A stretch of DNA of 64,000 nt from Bugula neritina (taxonomy: Eukaryota > Animalia > Bryozoa). The notes under the pieces were generated by a model. The model searched no databases and was not told the origin of the DNA. It saw only the letters and a list, made by a program, of their open reading frames with translations. Of this stretch, positions 1-17,074 are shown in pieces. A program made the translations under genes and the position numbers. The first letter of the stretch is position 1. Each line of letters opens with the position of its first letter. Location of the stretch: positions 868,001-932,000 of the forward strand of contig CAXIUT010000230.1 of assembly GCA_964035545.1 (NCBI GenBank). The letters run 5' to 3'.

Positions 1-3000
1 GCAACATACTGAAACATACTGCAACATACTGAAATACACTGCAACACACTGAAGTATACTGTAATACACTGAAATGTAATGCAACATACTGAATTATACT
101 GCAAAATAGTGCAACATACTATAATACACTGTGACACACTGAAATACACTGAAACATAATGCAACATACTGCAACATACTGAAATACACTGTAACATATC
201 GGAATACACTGCAACATACTGCAACATACTGCAACATACTGAAATACACCGTAACATATCGAAATACACTGCAACATACTGCAACATACTGAAATGCACC
301 GGAACATAATGGAATACCCTGCAACACATTGAAATATACTGCAACAGGCTGAAATAGACTGCAAGTGCTGCAACATAGTGAAATACACTGTGACACACTG
401 AAATACACTGCAACATACTGCAACATACTGCAACATACTGAAAAATTGTGCGACACAATAAAATATACTGCAACATATTGAAATATACTGTAACATACTG
501 CAACATACTAAAATACATTGCAACGCATTAAAATATACTGCAACATACTGAAACATACTGCAACATACTGAAATACACTGTGACACACTGAAATACACTG
601 CAACATACTGCAACAAACTGCAACATACTGAATTATTGTGCGACACATTGAAATACACTGCAACATATTGAAATATACTGTAACATACTGCAACATACTA
701 AAATAGACTGCAACATACTGAAATATACTGCGACGCCTTAAAATATACTGCAACATACTGAAATAGACTGCAAGTGGTGCAACATACTGAAATACATTGC
801 AACACATTAAAATATACTGCGACATACTGGAACATACTGCAACATGCTGAAATATACTGCAACATACTGAAATACACTATAACATATTGAAATATACTGC
901 AACATACTGAATTACACTCTAACATACTGAAATATGCTGTAGCATACTGAAATACACTGCAACACACTGAAGTATACTGTAATACACTGAAATGTGATGC
1001 AACATACTGAATTATACTGCAACATAGTGCAACATACTCAAATACACTACAACAAACTGCAACATACTGAAATACACTGGAACATATTGAAATACACTGC
1101 GACACATTGAAACATACTGCAACATACTGAAATACACTGTGACACATTGAAATACACTGCAACATACTGCAACATACTGCAACATACTGAAATACATTGC
1201 AACACATTAAAATATACTGCAACATACTGAAACATACTGCAACATACTGAAATATACTGCAACACACTGAAACATACGGCAACATACCGAAATAAACTGC
1301 GACACGTTGAAAATTACTGCAACATACTGAAATATACTGCGACGCCTTAAAATATACTGCAACATACTGAAATAGACTGCAAGTGGTGCAACATAGTGAA
1401 ATACACTGTGACACACTGAAATACACTGCAACATACTGCAACATACTGAAATATTGTGCGACACAATAAAATATACTGCAACATATTGAAATATACTGTA
1501 ACATACTGCAACATACTAAAATACACTGCAACACATTAAAATATACTGCAACATACTGAAACATACTGCAACATACTGAAATACACTGTGACACACTGAA
1601 ATACACTGCAACATACTGCAACATACTAAAATACACTGGAACATACTGCAACATACTGCAACATACTGAATTACACTGGAACATATTGATATGCACTGCA
1701 ACACATTGAAATATACTGCAACACACTGAACCATATGGCAACATACCGAAATTTACTGCGACACACTGAAAAATACTGCAACATACGAATTATACTTCAA
1801 GTGGTGCAACATACTGAAATACAATGTGACACACTGAAATACACTGCAACATGCTGCAACATACTGCAACATACTGAAATATTGTGCGACACATTGAAAT
1901 ATACTGCAACGTATTGAAATATACTGTAACATACCGCAACATACTAAAACACACTGCAACATACTGAAATACATTGCAACACATTAAAATCTATTGCGAC
2001 ATACTGAAACATACTGCAACATGCTGAAATATACTGCAACATACTGAAATACACTATCACATATTGAAATATACTGCAAAATACTGAATTACACTCTAAC
2101 ATACTGAAATATGCTGTAGCATACTGAAATACACTGCAACACACTGAAGTATACTGTAATACACTGAAATGTAATGCAAAATACTGAAGTATACTGCAAC
2201 ATAGTGCAACATACTTAAATACACTACAACATACTGCAACATACTGAAATACACTGGAACATTTTGAAAAACACTGCGACACATTGAAACATACTGCAAC
2301 ATACTGAAATAGACTGCAAGTGGTGCAACATACTGAAATACACTGTGACACACTGAAATACACTGCAACATACTGCAACAAACTGCAACATACTGAAATA
2401 TTGTGCGACACATTAAAATATACTGCAACATATTGAAATATACTGTAACATACTGCAACATACTAAAATACACTGCAACACATTAAAATCTACTGCAACA
2501 TACTGAAACATACTGCAACATACTGAAATACACTGTGACACACTGAAATACACTGCAACATACTGCAACATACTGCAACATACTGAATTACACTGGAACA
2601 TATTGATATACACTGCAACACATTGAAATATACTGCAACACATTGAACCATATGGCAACATACCGAAATTTACTGCGACACACTGAAAAATACTGCAACA
2701 TACGAATTATACTTCAAGTGGTGCAACATACTGAAATACAATGTGACACACTGAAATACACTGCAACATACTGCAACATACTGCAACATACTGAAATATT
2801 GTGCGACACATTGAAATATACTGCAACATATTGAAATATACTGTAACATACTGCAACATACTAAAATACACTGCAGCATACTGAAATACATTGCAACACA
2901 TTAAAGTATACTGCGACATGCTGAAACATACTGCAACATGCTGAAATATACTGCAACATACTGAAATACACTATAACATATTGAAATATACTGCAACATA

Positions 3001-3142
3001 CTGAATTACACTCTAACATACTGAAATATGCTGTAGCATACTGAAATACACTGCAACACACTGAAGTATACTGAAATACACTGCAACATACTGCAAGATA
3101 CCGCAACCTACTGAAATACACTGTAAAATATTGAAATACACT

Positions 3143-3916
3143 GCATCATACTGCAACATACTGAATTACACTGGAACATATTGATATACACTGCAACACA
3201 TTGAAATATAATGCAACACACTGAAACATACGGCAATATACCGAAATATACTGCGACACCTTGAAAAATACTGCAACATACGAAATATACTGCAAGTGGT
3301 GCAACATACTGAAATACAATGTGACACACTGGAATACACTGCAACATACGGCAACATACTGCAACATACTGAAATACACTGTAACATATTGAAATACACT
3401 GCATCATACTGCAACATACTGAAAAACACTGGAACATATTGATATACACTGCAACTCATTGAAATATACTGCAACACACTGCAACATACGGCAGCATACC
3501 GAAATATACTGCGACACCTTGAAAAATACTGCAACATACGAAATATACTGCAAGTGGTGCAACATACTGAAATACACTGTGACATACTGAAATACACTGC
3601 AACATACTGCAAGATATTGCAACGTACGGAAATACAGTGTAACTTATTGAATTACACTGCATCATACTCCAACATACTGAGATACACCGGAACATATTGA
3701 TATACACTGCAACACATTGAAATATACTGCAACACACTGAACCATATGGCAACATACCGAAATTTACTGCGACACACCGAAAAATACTGCAACATACGAA
3801 TTATACTTCAAGTGGTGCAACATACTGAAACACATTGTGACACACTGAAATACACTGCAACATACTGCAACATACTGCAACATACTGAAATACATTGCAA
3901 CACATTAAAATAAACT
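3143..3916 (+). repeat. Three diverged tandem copies of a ~258-bp intermediate unit (26 monomers minus 1-2 bp)
   Basis: GCATCATACT marker at 3143, 3401, 3659 and CAAGTGGT marker near 3292, 3550, 3808, all 258 bp apart. The same spacing recurs at 7957/8215/8474, 11008/11266/11525 and 54886/55144/55403. Confidence 0.85.
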
Positions 3917-5768
3917 GCAACATACTGAAACATACTGCAACATACTGAAATATACTGCAACACACTGAAACATACGGCAACATACCGAAATAAACTGCGA
4001 CACGTTGAAAATTACTGCAACATACTGAAATATACTGCGACGCCTTAAAATATACTGCAACATACTGAAATAGACTGCAAGTGGTGCAACATAGTGAAAT
4101 ACACTGTGACACACTGAAATACACTGCAACATACTGCAACATACTGCAACATACTGAAATATTGTGCGACACAATAAAATATACTGCAACATATTGAAAT
4201 ATACTGTAACATACTGCAACATACTAAAATACACTGCAACACATTAAAATATACTGCAACATACTGAAACATACTGCAACATACTGAAATACACTGTGAC
4301 ACACTGAAATACACTGCAACATACTGCAACCTACTGCAACATACTGAATTATTGTGCGACACATTGAAATATACTGCAACATATTGAAATATACCGTAAC
4401 ATACTGCAACATACTAAAATAGACTGCAACATACTGAAATACATTGCAACACATTAAAATATACTGCGACATGCTGAAACATACTGCAACATGCTGAAAT
4501 ATACTGCAACATACTGAAATACACTATAACACATTGAAATATGCTGCAACATACTGAATTACACTCTAACATACTGAAATGTGCTGTAGCATACTGAAAT
4601 ACACTGCAACACACTGAAGTATACTGTAATACACTGAAATGTGATGCAACATACTGAATTATACTGCAACATAGTGCAACATACTCAAATACACTACAAC
4701 AAACTGCAACATACTGAAATACACTGGAACATATTGAAATACACTGCGACACATTGAAACATACTGCAACATACTGAAATACACTGTGACACATTGAAAT
4801 ACACTGCAACATACTGCAACATACTGCAACATACTGAAATACATTGCAACACATTAAAATATACTGCAACATACTGAAACATACTGCAACATACCGAAAT
4901 ATACTGCAACACACTGAAACATACGGCAACATACCGAAATAAACTGCGACACGTTAAAAATTACTGCAACATACTGAAATATACTGCGACACACTGAAAC
5001 ATACGGCAACATACTGAAATATACTGCGACGCCTTAAAATATACTGCAACATACTGAAATAGACTGCAAGTGGTGCAACATACTGAAATACACTGTGACA
5101 CACTGAAATACACTGCAACATACTGCAACATACTGCAACATACTGAAATACACTGTAACATATTGAATTGCACTGCATCATACTGCAACATACTGAAAAA
5201 CACTGGAACATATTGATATACACTGCAACTCATTGAAATATACTGCAACACACTGAAACATACGGCAATATATCAAAATATACTGCGACACCTTGAAAAA
5301 TACTGCAACATACGAAATATACTGCAAGTGGTGCAACATACTGAAATACACTGTGACATACTGAAATACACTGCAACATACTGCAAGATACTGCAACGGA
5401 CGGAAATACAGTGTAACTTATTGAATTACACTGCATCATACTGCAACATACTGAGATACACTGGAACATATTGATATACACTGCAACACATTGATATATA
5501 CTGCAACACACTGAACCATATGGCAACATACCAAAATTAACTGCGACACACGGAAAAATACTGCAACATACAAATTATACTTCAAGTGGTGCAACATTCT
5601 GAAATACAATGTGACACACTGAAATACACTGCAACATACTGCAACATACTGCAACATACTGAAATACACCGTAACATATCGAAATACACTGCAACATACT
5701 GCAACATACTGAAATGCACCGGAACATAATGGAATACCCTGCAACACATTGAAATATACTGCAACAGA

Positions 5769-6670
5769 CTGAAACATAAGGTAACACAATGAAGTATACT
5801 GCGACACATTAAAATATACTGCAACATACTGAAATATACTGCAACATACTGAAATGTAATGTAATATACAGAAATGTACTGTAACATACTGAAATATACT
5901 GTAACAGACTGAAATATACTCTAACATACCAAATTACACTGTAACATACTGAAATATACTGCAACATACTGCAACATACTGAATTACACTTGAACATAAT
6001 GAAATACACTGCAACACATTGAAATATACTGCAACATATCGAAATGAATGGTAAACTAGTGTAATATACTGTAACATAATGAAACATACCGGAACATACT
6101 GCAACGTATTAAAGCATAGTGTAACACACTAAAATATACGGCAACATACCGAAATATACTGCAACACGTTGAAAAATATTGCAACATACTGAAATATACT
6201 GCAACATATTGAACTACACTGCAACACTCTGAAATACACTGCAACACAGTGAAACATACGGCAACATACCGAAATAAACTGCGACACGTTGACAATTACT
6301 GCAACATGCTGAAACATAAGGTAACACAATGAAGTATACTGCGACACATTAAAATATACTGCAACATACTGAAATATACTGCAACATACTGAAATGTAAT
6401 GTAATATACAGAAATGTACCGTAACATACTGAAACATACTGTAATAGACTGAAATATACTCTAACATACCGAAATACACTGTAACATACTGAAATATACT
6501 GCAACATATTGCAACATACTGAATTACACTTGAACACAATGAAATACACTGCAACACATTGAAATATACTGCAACATATCGAAATGAATGGTAAACTATT
6601 GTAATATACTGTAACATAATGAAACATACCGGAACATACTGCAACGTATTAAAGTATAGTGTAACACACT
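5769..6670 (+). repeat. Older duplication with 540-bp offset (~5769-6130 vs ~6309-6670)
   Basis: gaaacataaggtaacacaatgaag at 5771 and 6311; ORF pairs 5809/6349 and 6056/6596 are offset by 540; about 9 substitutions seen in ~360 bp. Confidence 0.85.
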
Positions 6671-7659
6671 GAAATATACTGCAACATACTGAAATATACT
6701 GCGACGCCTTAACATATACTGCAACATACTGAAATAGACTGTGACACACTGAAATACACTGCAACATACTGCAACATACTGCAACATACTGAAATACACT
6801 GTGACATACTGAAATACACTGCAACATACTGCAAGATACTGCAACGTACGGAAATACAGTGTAACTTATTGAATTACACTGCATCATACTGCAACATACT
6901 GAGATACACTGGAACATATTGATATACACTGCAACACATTGAAATATACTGCAACACACTGAACCATATGGCAACATACCGAAATTTACTGCGACACACT
7001 GAAAAATACTGCAACATACGAATTATACTTCAAGTGGTGCAACATTCTGAAATACACTGTGACACACTGAAATACACTGCAACATACTGCAACATACTGC
7101 AACATACTGAAATATTGTGCGACACATTAAAATATACTGCAACATATTGAAATATACTGTAACATACTGCAACATACTAAAATACACTGCAACACATTAA
7201 AATCTACTGCAACATACTGAAACATACTGCAACATACTGAAATAAACTGTGACACACTGAAATACACTGCAACATACTGCAACATACTGCAACATACTGA
7301 ATTACACTGGAACATTTTGATATACACTGCAACACATTGAAATATACTGCAACACACTGAACCATATGGCAACATACCGAAATTTACTGCGACACACTGA
7401 AAAATACTGCAACATACGAATTATACTTCAAGTGGTGCAACATACTGAAATACAATATGACACACTGAAATACACTGCAACATACTGCAACATACTGAAA
7501 TATTGTGCGACACATTGAAATATACTGCAACATATTGAAATATACTGTAACATACTGCAACATACTAAAATACACTGCAACATACTGAAATACATTGCAA
7601 CACATTAAAAAATACTGCGACATACTGAAACATACTGCAACATGCTGAAATATACTGCA

Positions 7660-10600
7660 ACATACTGAAATACACTGCAACACATTAAAATATACTGCAA
7701 CATACAGAAACATACTGCAACATACTGAAATACACTGTGACACACTGAAATACACTACAACATACTGCAACATACTGAAATACACTGGAACATATTGAAA
7801 TACACTGCGACACATTGAAACATACTGCAACATACTGAAATATACTGCAAGATACCGCAACATACTGAAACAGACTGTGACATACTGAAATACACTGCAA
7901 CATACTGCAAGATACCGCAACCTACTGAAATACACTGTAACATATTGAAATACACTGCATCATACTGCAACATACTGAATTACACTGGAACATATTGATA
8001 TACACTGCAACACATTGAAATATACTGCAACACACTGAAACATACGGCAATATACCAAAATATACTGCGACACCTTGAAAAATACTGCAACATACGAAAT
8101 ATACTGCAAGTGGTGCAACATACTGAAATACGATGTGACAGACTGGAATACACTGCAACATACTGCAACATACTGCAACATACTGAAACACACTGTAACA
8201 TATTGAATTACACTGCATCATACTGCAACATACTGAAAAACACTGGAACATATTGATATACACAGCAACTCATTGAAATATACTGCAACACACTGCAACA
8301 TACAGCAGCATACCGAAATATACTGCGACACCTTGAAAAATACTGCAACATACTGAAATATACTGCAAGTGGTGCAACATACTGAAATACACTAAGACAT
8401 ACTGAATTACACTGCAACATACTGCAAGATACTGCAACGTACGGAAATACAGTGTAACTTATTGAACTACACTGCATCATACTGCAACATACTGAGATAC
8501 ACTGGAACATGTTGATATACACTGCAACACAATGAAATATACTGCAACACACTGAACCATATGGCAACATACCGAAATTTACTGCGACACACTGAAAAAT
8601 ACTGCAACATACGAATTATACTTCAAGTGGTGCAACATACTGAAATACAATGTGACCCACTGAAATACACTGCAACATACTGCAACATACTGCAACATAC
8701 TGAAATATTGTGTGACACATTGAAATATACTGCAACATATTGAAATATACTGTAACATACTGCAACATACGGCGGCATACCGAAATATACTGCGACACCT
8801 TGAAAAATACTGCAACATACTGAAATATACTGCAAGTGGTGCAACATACTGAAATACACTGTGACATACTGAAATACACTGTCACATACTGCAAGATACT
8901 GCAACGTACGGAAATACAGTGTAACTTATTGAATTACACTGCATCATACTGCAACATACTGAGATACATTGGAACATATTGATAAACACTGCAACACATT
9001 GAAATATACTGCAACACACTGAACCATATGGCAACATACCGAAATTTACTGCGACACACTGAAAAATACTGCAACATACGAATTATACTTCAAGTGGTGC
9101 AACATTCTGAAATACAATGTGACACACTGAAATACACTGCAACATACTGCAACATACTGCAACATACTGAAATATTGTGCGACACATTGAAATATACTGC
9201 AACATATTGAAATATACTGTAACATACTGCAAGATACTAAAATACACTGCAACATACTGAAATACATTGCAATACATTAAAATATACTGCGACATACTGA
9301 AACATACTGCAACATGCTGAAATATGCTGCAACATACTGAAATACACTATAACATATTGAAATATACTGCAACATACTGAATTACACTCTAACATACTGA
9401 AATATGCTGTAGCATACTGAAATACACTGCAACACACTGAAGTATACTGTAATACACTGAAATGTAATGCAACATACTGAATTATACTGCAACATAGTGC
9501 AACATACTGAAATACACTGTGACACACTGAAATACACTGAAACATAATGCAACATACTGCAACATACTGAAATACACTGTAACATATCGAAATGCACTGC
9601 AACATACTACAACATACTGCAACACACTGAAATACACCGTAACATATCGAAATACACTGCAACATACTGCAACATACTGAAATACACTGTAACATATTGA
9701 ATTACACTGCATCATACTGCAACATACTGAAAAACACTGGAACATATTGATATACACTGCAACTCTTTGAAATATACTGCAACACACTGCAACATACGGC
9801 AGCATACCGAAATATACTGCGACACCTTGAAAAATACTGCAACATACTGAAATATACTGCAAGTGGTGCAACATACTGAAATACACTCTGACATACTGAA
9901 ATACACTGCAACATACTGCAAGATACTGAGATACACTGGAACATATTGATATACACTGCAACACATTGAAATATACTGCAACACACTGAACCATATGGCA
10001 ACATACCGAAATTTACTGCGACACACTGAAAAATACTGCAACATATTGAAATATACTGTAACATACTGCAACATACTGCAACATACTGAAATACACCGTA
10101 ACATATCGAAATACACTGCAACATACTGCAACATACTGAAATGCACCGGAACATAATGGAATACACTGCAACACATTGAAATATACTGCAACAGACTGAA
10201 ACATACTGCAACATACTGAAATGTAATGTAATATACACAAATGTACTGTAACATACTGAAATATACTGTAACAGACTGAAATATACTCTAACATACCGAA
10301 ATACACTATAACATACTGAAATATACTGCAACATACTGCAACATACTGAATTACACCTGAACATAATGAAATACACTGCAACACATTGAAATATACTGCA
10401 ACATATCGAAATGAATGGTAAACTAGTGTAATATACTGTAACATAATGAAACATACCGGAACATACTGCAAAGTATTAAAGTATAGTGTAACACACTGAA
10501 ATATACGGCAACATACCGAAATATACTGCAACACGTAGAAAAATATTGCAACATACTGAAATATACTGCAACATACTGCAACATACTGAAATACACTGCA

Positions 10601-12620
10601 ACACATTAAAATATACTGCAACATACTGAAACATACTGCAACATACTGAAATATTGTGCGCCACAATAAAATATACTGCAACATATTGTAATATACTGTA
10701 ACATACTGCAACATACTAAAATACACTGCAACACATTAAAATATACTGCAACATACAGAAACATACTGCAACATACTGAAATACACTGTGACACACTGAA
10801 ATACACTACAACATACTGCAACATACTGAAATACACTGGAACATATTGAAATACACTGCGACACATTGAAACATACTGCAACATACTGAAATGTACTGCA
10901 AGATACCGCAACATACTGAAACAGACTGTGACATACTGAAATACACCGCAACATACTGCAAGATACCGCAACCTACTGAAATACACTGTAACATATTGAA
11001 ATACACTGCATCATACTGCAACATACTGAATTACACTGGAACATATTGATATACACTGCAACACATTGAAATATACTGCAACACACTGAAACATACGGCA
11101 ATATACCAAAATATACTGCGACACCTTGAAAAATACTGCAACATACGAAATATACTGCAAGTGGTGCAACATACTGAAATACGATGTGACAGACTGGAAT
11201 ACACTGCAACATACTGCAACATACTGCAACATACTGAAACACACTGTAACATATTGAATTACACTGCATCATACTGCAACATACTGAAAAACACTGGAAC
11301 ATATTGATATACACAGCAACTCATTGAAATATACTGCAACACACTGCAACATACAGCAGCATACCGAAATATACTGCGACACCTTGAAAAATACTGCAAC
11401 ATACTGAAATATACTGCAAGTGGTGCAACATACTGAAATACACTGTGACATACTGAATTACACTGCAACATACTGCAAGATACTGCAACGTACGGAAATA
11501 CAGTGTAACTTATTGAACTACACTGCATCATACTGCAACATACTGAGATACACTGGAACATGTTGATATACACTGCAACACAATGAAATATACTGCAACA
11601 CACTGAACCATATGGCAACATACCGAAATTTACTGCGACACACTGAAAAATACTGCAACATACGAATTATACTTCAAGTGGTGCAACATACTGAAATACA
11701 ATGTGACCCACTGAAATACACTGCAACATACTGCAACATACTGCAACATACTGAAATATTGTGCGACACATTGAAATATACTGCAACATATTGAAATATA
11801 CTGTAACATACTGCAACATACGGCGGCATACCGAAATATACTGCGACACCTTGAAAAATACTTCAACATACTGAAATATACTGCAAGTGGTGCAACATAC
11901 TGAAATACACTGTGACATACTGAAATACACTGTCACATACTGCAAGATACTGCAACGTACGGAAATACAGTGTAACTTATTGAATTACAATGCATCATAC
12001 TGCAACATACTGAGATACACTGGAACATATTGATAAACACTGAAACACATTGAAATATACTGCAACACACTGAACCATATGGCAACATACCGAAATTTAC
12101 TGCGACACACTGAAAAATACTGCAACATACGAATTATACTTCAAGTGGTGCAACATTCTGAAATACAATGTGACACACTGAAATACACTGCAACATACTG
12201 CAACATACTGCAACATACTGAAATATTGTGCGACACATTGAAATATACTGCAACATATTGAAATATACTGTAACATACTGCAACATACTAAAATACACTG
12301 CAACATACTGAAATACATTGCAATACATTAAAATATACTGCGACATACTGAAACATACTGCAACATGCTGAAATATACTGCAACATACTGAAATACACTA
12401 TAACATATTGAAATATACTGCAACATACTGAATTACACTCTAACATACTGAAATATGCTGTAGCATACTGAAATACACTGCAACACACTGAAGTATACTG
12501 TAATACACTGAAATGTAATGCAACATACTGAATTATACTGCAACATAGTGCAACATACTGAAATACACTGTGACACACTGAAATACACTGAAACATAATG
12601 CAACATACTGCAACATACTG
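7660..12620 (+). repeat. Higher-order repeat pair with 3051-bp offset (~7.66-9.57 kb vs ~10.71-12.62 kb)
   Basis: ORF pairs 7922/10973, 8208/11259, 8561/11612 and 9028/12079 are all offset by 3051. Shared rare variants: gatgtgacagactgg, acggcggcatacc, ctgtcacatact. Confidence 0.85.
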
Positions 12621-15600
12621 CAACATACTGAAATATTGTGCGACACATTGAAATATACTGCAACATATTGAAATATACTGTAACATACTGCAACATACTA
12701 AAATACACTGCAACATACTGAAATACATTGCAATACATTAAAATATATTGCGACATACTGAAACATACTGCAACATGCTGAAATATACTGCAACATACTG
12801 AAATACACTATAACATATTGAAATATACTGCAACATACTGAATTACACTCTAACATACTGAAATATGCTGTAGCATACTGAAATACACTGCAACACACTG
12901 AAGTATACTGTAATACACTGAAATGTAATGCAACATACTGAATTATACTGCAACATAGTGCAACATACTGAAATACACTGTGACACACTGAAATACACTG
13001 AAACATAATGCAACATACTGCAACATACTGAAATACACTGTAACATATCGAAATACACTGCAACATACTACAACATACTGCAACACACTGAAATACACCG
13101 TAACATATCGAAATACACTGCAACATACTGCAACATACTGAAGTACACTGTAACATATTGAATTACACTGCATCATACTGCAACATACTGAAAAACACTG
13201 GAACATATTGATATACACTGCAACTCTTTGAAATATACTGCAACACACTGCAACATACGGCAGCATACCGAAATATACTGCGACACCTTGAAAAATACTG
13301 CAACATACTGAAATATACTGTAAGTGGTGCAACATACTGAAATACACTGTGACATACTGAAATACACTGCAACATACTGCAAGATACTGCAACGTACGAA
13401 AATACAGTGTAACTTATTGAATTACACTGCATCATACTGCAACATACTGAGATACACTGGAACGTATTGATATACACTGCAACACATTGAAATATACTGC
13501 AACACACTGAACCATATGGCAACATACCGAAATTTACTGCGACACACTGAAAAATACTGCAACATATTGAAATATACTGTAACATACTGCAACATACTAA
13601 AATACACTGCAACACATTAAAATATACTGCAACATACTGAAACATACTGCAACATACTGAAATATTATGCGACACAATAAAATATACTGCAACATATTGA
13701 AATATACTGTAACATACTGCAACATACTAAAATAGACTGCAACACATTAAAACATACTGCAACATACTGAAACATATGGCAACATACCGAAATTTACTGC
13801 GACACACTGAAAAATACTGCAACATACAAATTATACTTCAAGTGGTGCAACATTCTGAAATACAATGTGACACACTGAAATACACTGCAATATACTGCAA
13901 CACACTAAAAAATTGTGCGACACATTGAAATAGACTGCAACATATTGAAATATACTGTAACATACTGCAACATACTAAAATACACTGCAACATACTGAAA
14001 TACATTGCAACACATTAAAATATACTGCGACATACTGAAACATACTGCAACATGCTGAAATATACTGTAACATACTGAAATACACTATAACATATTGAAA
14101 CATACTGCAACATACTGAATTACACTGGAACATATTGATATACACTGCAACACATTGAAATACACTGCAACACACTGAAGTATACTGTAATACACTGAAA
14201 TGTAATGCAACATACTGAATTATACTGCAACATAGTGCAACATACTGAAATACACTGTGACATACTGAATTACACTGCAACATACTGCAAGATACTGCAA
14301 CGTACGGAAATACAGTGTAACTTATTGAACTACACTGCATCATACTGCAACATACTGAGATACACTGGAACATGTTGATATACACTGCAACACAATGAAA
14401 TATACTGCAACACACTGAACCATATGGCAACATACCGAAATTTACTGCGACACACTGAAAAATACTGCAACATACGAATTATACTTCAAGTGGTGCAACA
14501 TACTGAAATACAATGTGACCCACTGAAATACACTGCAACATACTGCAACATACTGCAACATACTGAAATATTGTGCGACACATTGAAATATACTGCAACA
14601 TATTGAAATATACTGTAACATACTGCAACATACGGCGGCATACCGAAATATACTGCGACACCTTGAAAAATACTTCAACATACTGAAATATACTGCAAGT
14701 GGTGCAACATACTGAAATACACTGTGACATACTGAAATACACTGTCACATACTGCAAGATACTGCAACGTACGGAAATACAGTGTAACTTATTGAATTAC
14801 AATGCATCATACTGCAACATACTGAGATACACTGGAACATATTGATAAACACTGAAACACATTGAAATATACTGCAACACACTGAACCATATGGCAACAT
14901 ACCGAAATTTACTGCGACACACTGAAAAATACTGCAACATACGAATTATACTTCAAGTGGTGCAACATTCTGAAATACAATGTGACACACTGAAATACAC
15001 TGCAACATACTGCAACATACTGCAACATACTGAAATATTGTGCGACACATTGAAATATACTGCAACATATTGAAATATACTGTAACATACTGCAACATAC
15101 TAAAATACACTGCAACATACTGAAATACATTGCAATACATTAAAATATACTGCGACATACTGAAACATACTGCAACATGCTGAAATATACTGCAACATAC
15201 TGAAATACACTATAACATATTGAAATATACTGCAACATACTGAATTACACTCTAACATACTGAAATATGCTGTAGCATACTGAAATACACTGCAACACAC
15301 TGAAGTATACTGTAATACACTGAAATGTAATGCAACATACTGAATTATACTGCAACATAGTGCAACATACTGAAATACACTGTGACACACTGAAATACAC
15401 TGAAACATAATGCAACATACTGCAACATACTGCAACATACTGAAATATTGTGCGACACATTGAAATATACTGCAACATATTGAAATATACTGTAACATAC
15501 TGCAACATACTAAAATACACTGCAACATACTGAAATACATTGCAATACATTAAAATATACTGCGACATACTGAAACATACTGCAACATGCTGAAATATAC

Positions 15601-17074
15601 TGCAACATACTGAAATACACTATAACATATTGAAATATACTGCAACATACTGAATTACACTCTAACATACTGAAATATGCTGTAGCATACTGAAATACAC
15701 TGCAACACACTGAAGTATACTGTAATACACTGAAATGTAATGCAACATACTGAATTATACTGCAACATAGTGCAACATACTGAAATACACTGTGACACAC
15801 TGAAATACACTGAAACATAATGCAACATACTGCAACATACTGAAATACACTGTAACATATCGAAATACACTGCAACATACTACAACATACTGCAACACAC
15901 TGAAATACACCGTAACATATCGAAATACACTGCAACATACTGCAACATACTGAAATACACTGTAACATATTGAATTACACTGCATCATACTGCAACATAC
16001 TGAAAAACACTGGAACATATTGATATACACTGCAACTCTTTGAAATATACTGCAACACACTGCAACATACGGCAGCATACCGAAATATACTGCGACACCT
16101 TGAAAAATACTGCAACATACTGAAATATACTGTAAGTGGTGCAACATACTGAAATACACTGTGACATACTGAAATACACTGCAACATACTGCAAGATACT
16201 GCAACGTACGAAAATACAGTGTAACTTATTGAATTACACTGCATCATACTGCAACATACTGAGATACACTGGAACGTATTGATATACACTGCAACACATT
16301 GAAATATACTGCAACACACTGAACCATATGGCAACATACCGAAATTTACTGCGACACACTGAAAAATACTGCAACATATTGAAATATACTGTAACATACT
16401 GCAACATACTAAAATACACTGCAACACATTAAAATATACTGCAACATACTGAAACATACTGCAACATACTGAAATATTATGCGACACAATAAAATATACT
16501 GCAACATATTGAAATATACTGTAACATACTGCAACATACTAAAATAGACTGCAACACATTAAAACATACTGCAACATACTGAAACATATGGCAACATACC
16601 GAAATTTACTGCGACACACTGAAAAATACTGCAACATACAAATTATACTTCAAGTGGTGCAACATTCTGAAATACAATGTGACACACTGAAATACACTGC
16701 AATATACTGCAACACACTAAAAAATTGTGCGACACATTGAAATAGACTGCAACATATTGAAATATACTGTAACATACTGCAACATACTAAAATACACTGC
16801 AACATACTGAAATACATTGCAACACATTAAAATATACTGCGACATACTGAAACATACTGCAACATGCTGAAATATACTGTAACATACTGAAATACACTAT
16901 AACATATTGAAACATACTGCAACATACTGAATTACACTGGAACATATTGATATACACTGCAACACATTGAAATACACTGCAACACACTGAAGTATACTGT
17001 AATACACTGAAATGTAATGCAACATACTGAATTATACTGCAACATAGTGCAACATACTGAAATACACTGTGACA
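11423..17074 (+). repeat. Recent tandem duplication of 2812 bp (11423-14234 / 14235-17046)
   Basis: ORF pairs 11612/14424, 12079/14891, 12698/15510, 13163/15975 and 13975/16787 are offset by 2812. The 28-bp GTGCAACATACTGAAATACACTGTGACA starts at 11423, 14235 and 17047. Only two differences noticed (~12748, ~13143). Confidence 0.92.
12189..13030 (+). repeat. 410-bp tandem duplication (also at ~15001-15842 and ~45505-46346)
   Basis: ORF pairs 12288/12698, 15100/15510 and 45604/46014 are offset by 410; aaacataatg at 12591 and 13001. Confidence 0.88.

Noticed and set aside
1728-1745. CCATATGG palindrome and ATGGCAAC as CArG box or RFX X-box
   Set aside because: A CArG box needs CC(A/T)6GG and only four A/T are present; only one X-box half-site matches. 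Short palindromes such as CATATG, CGTACG and ACTAGT are expected by drift.
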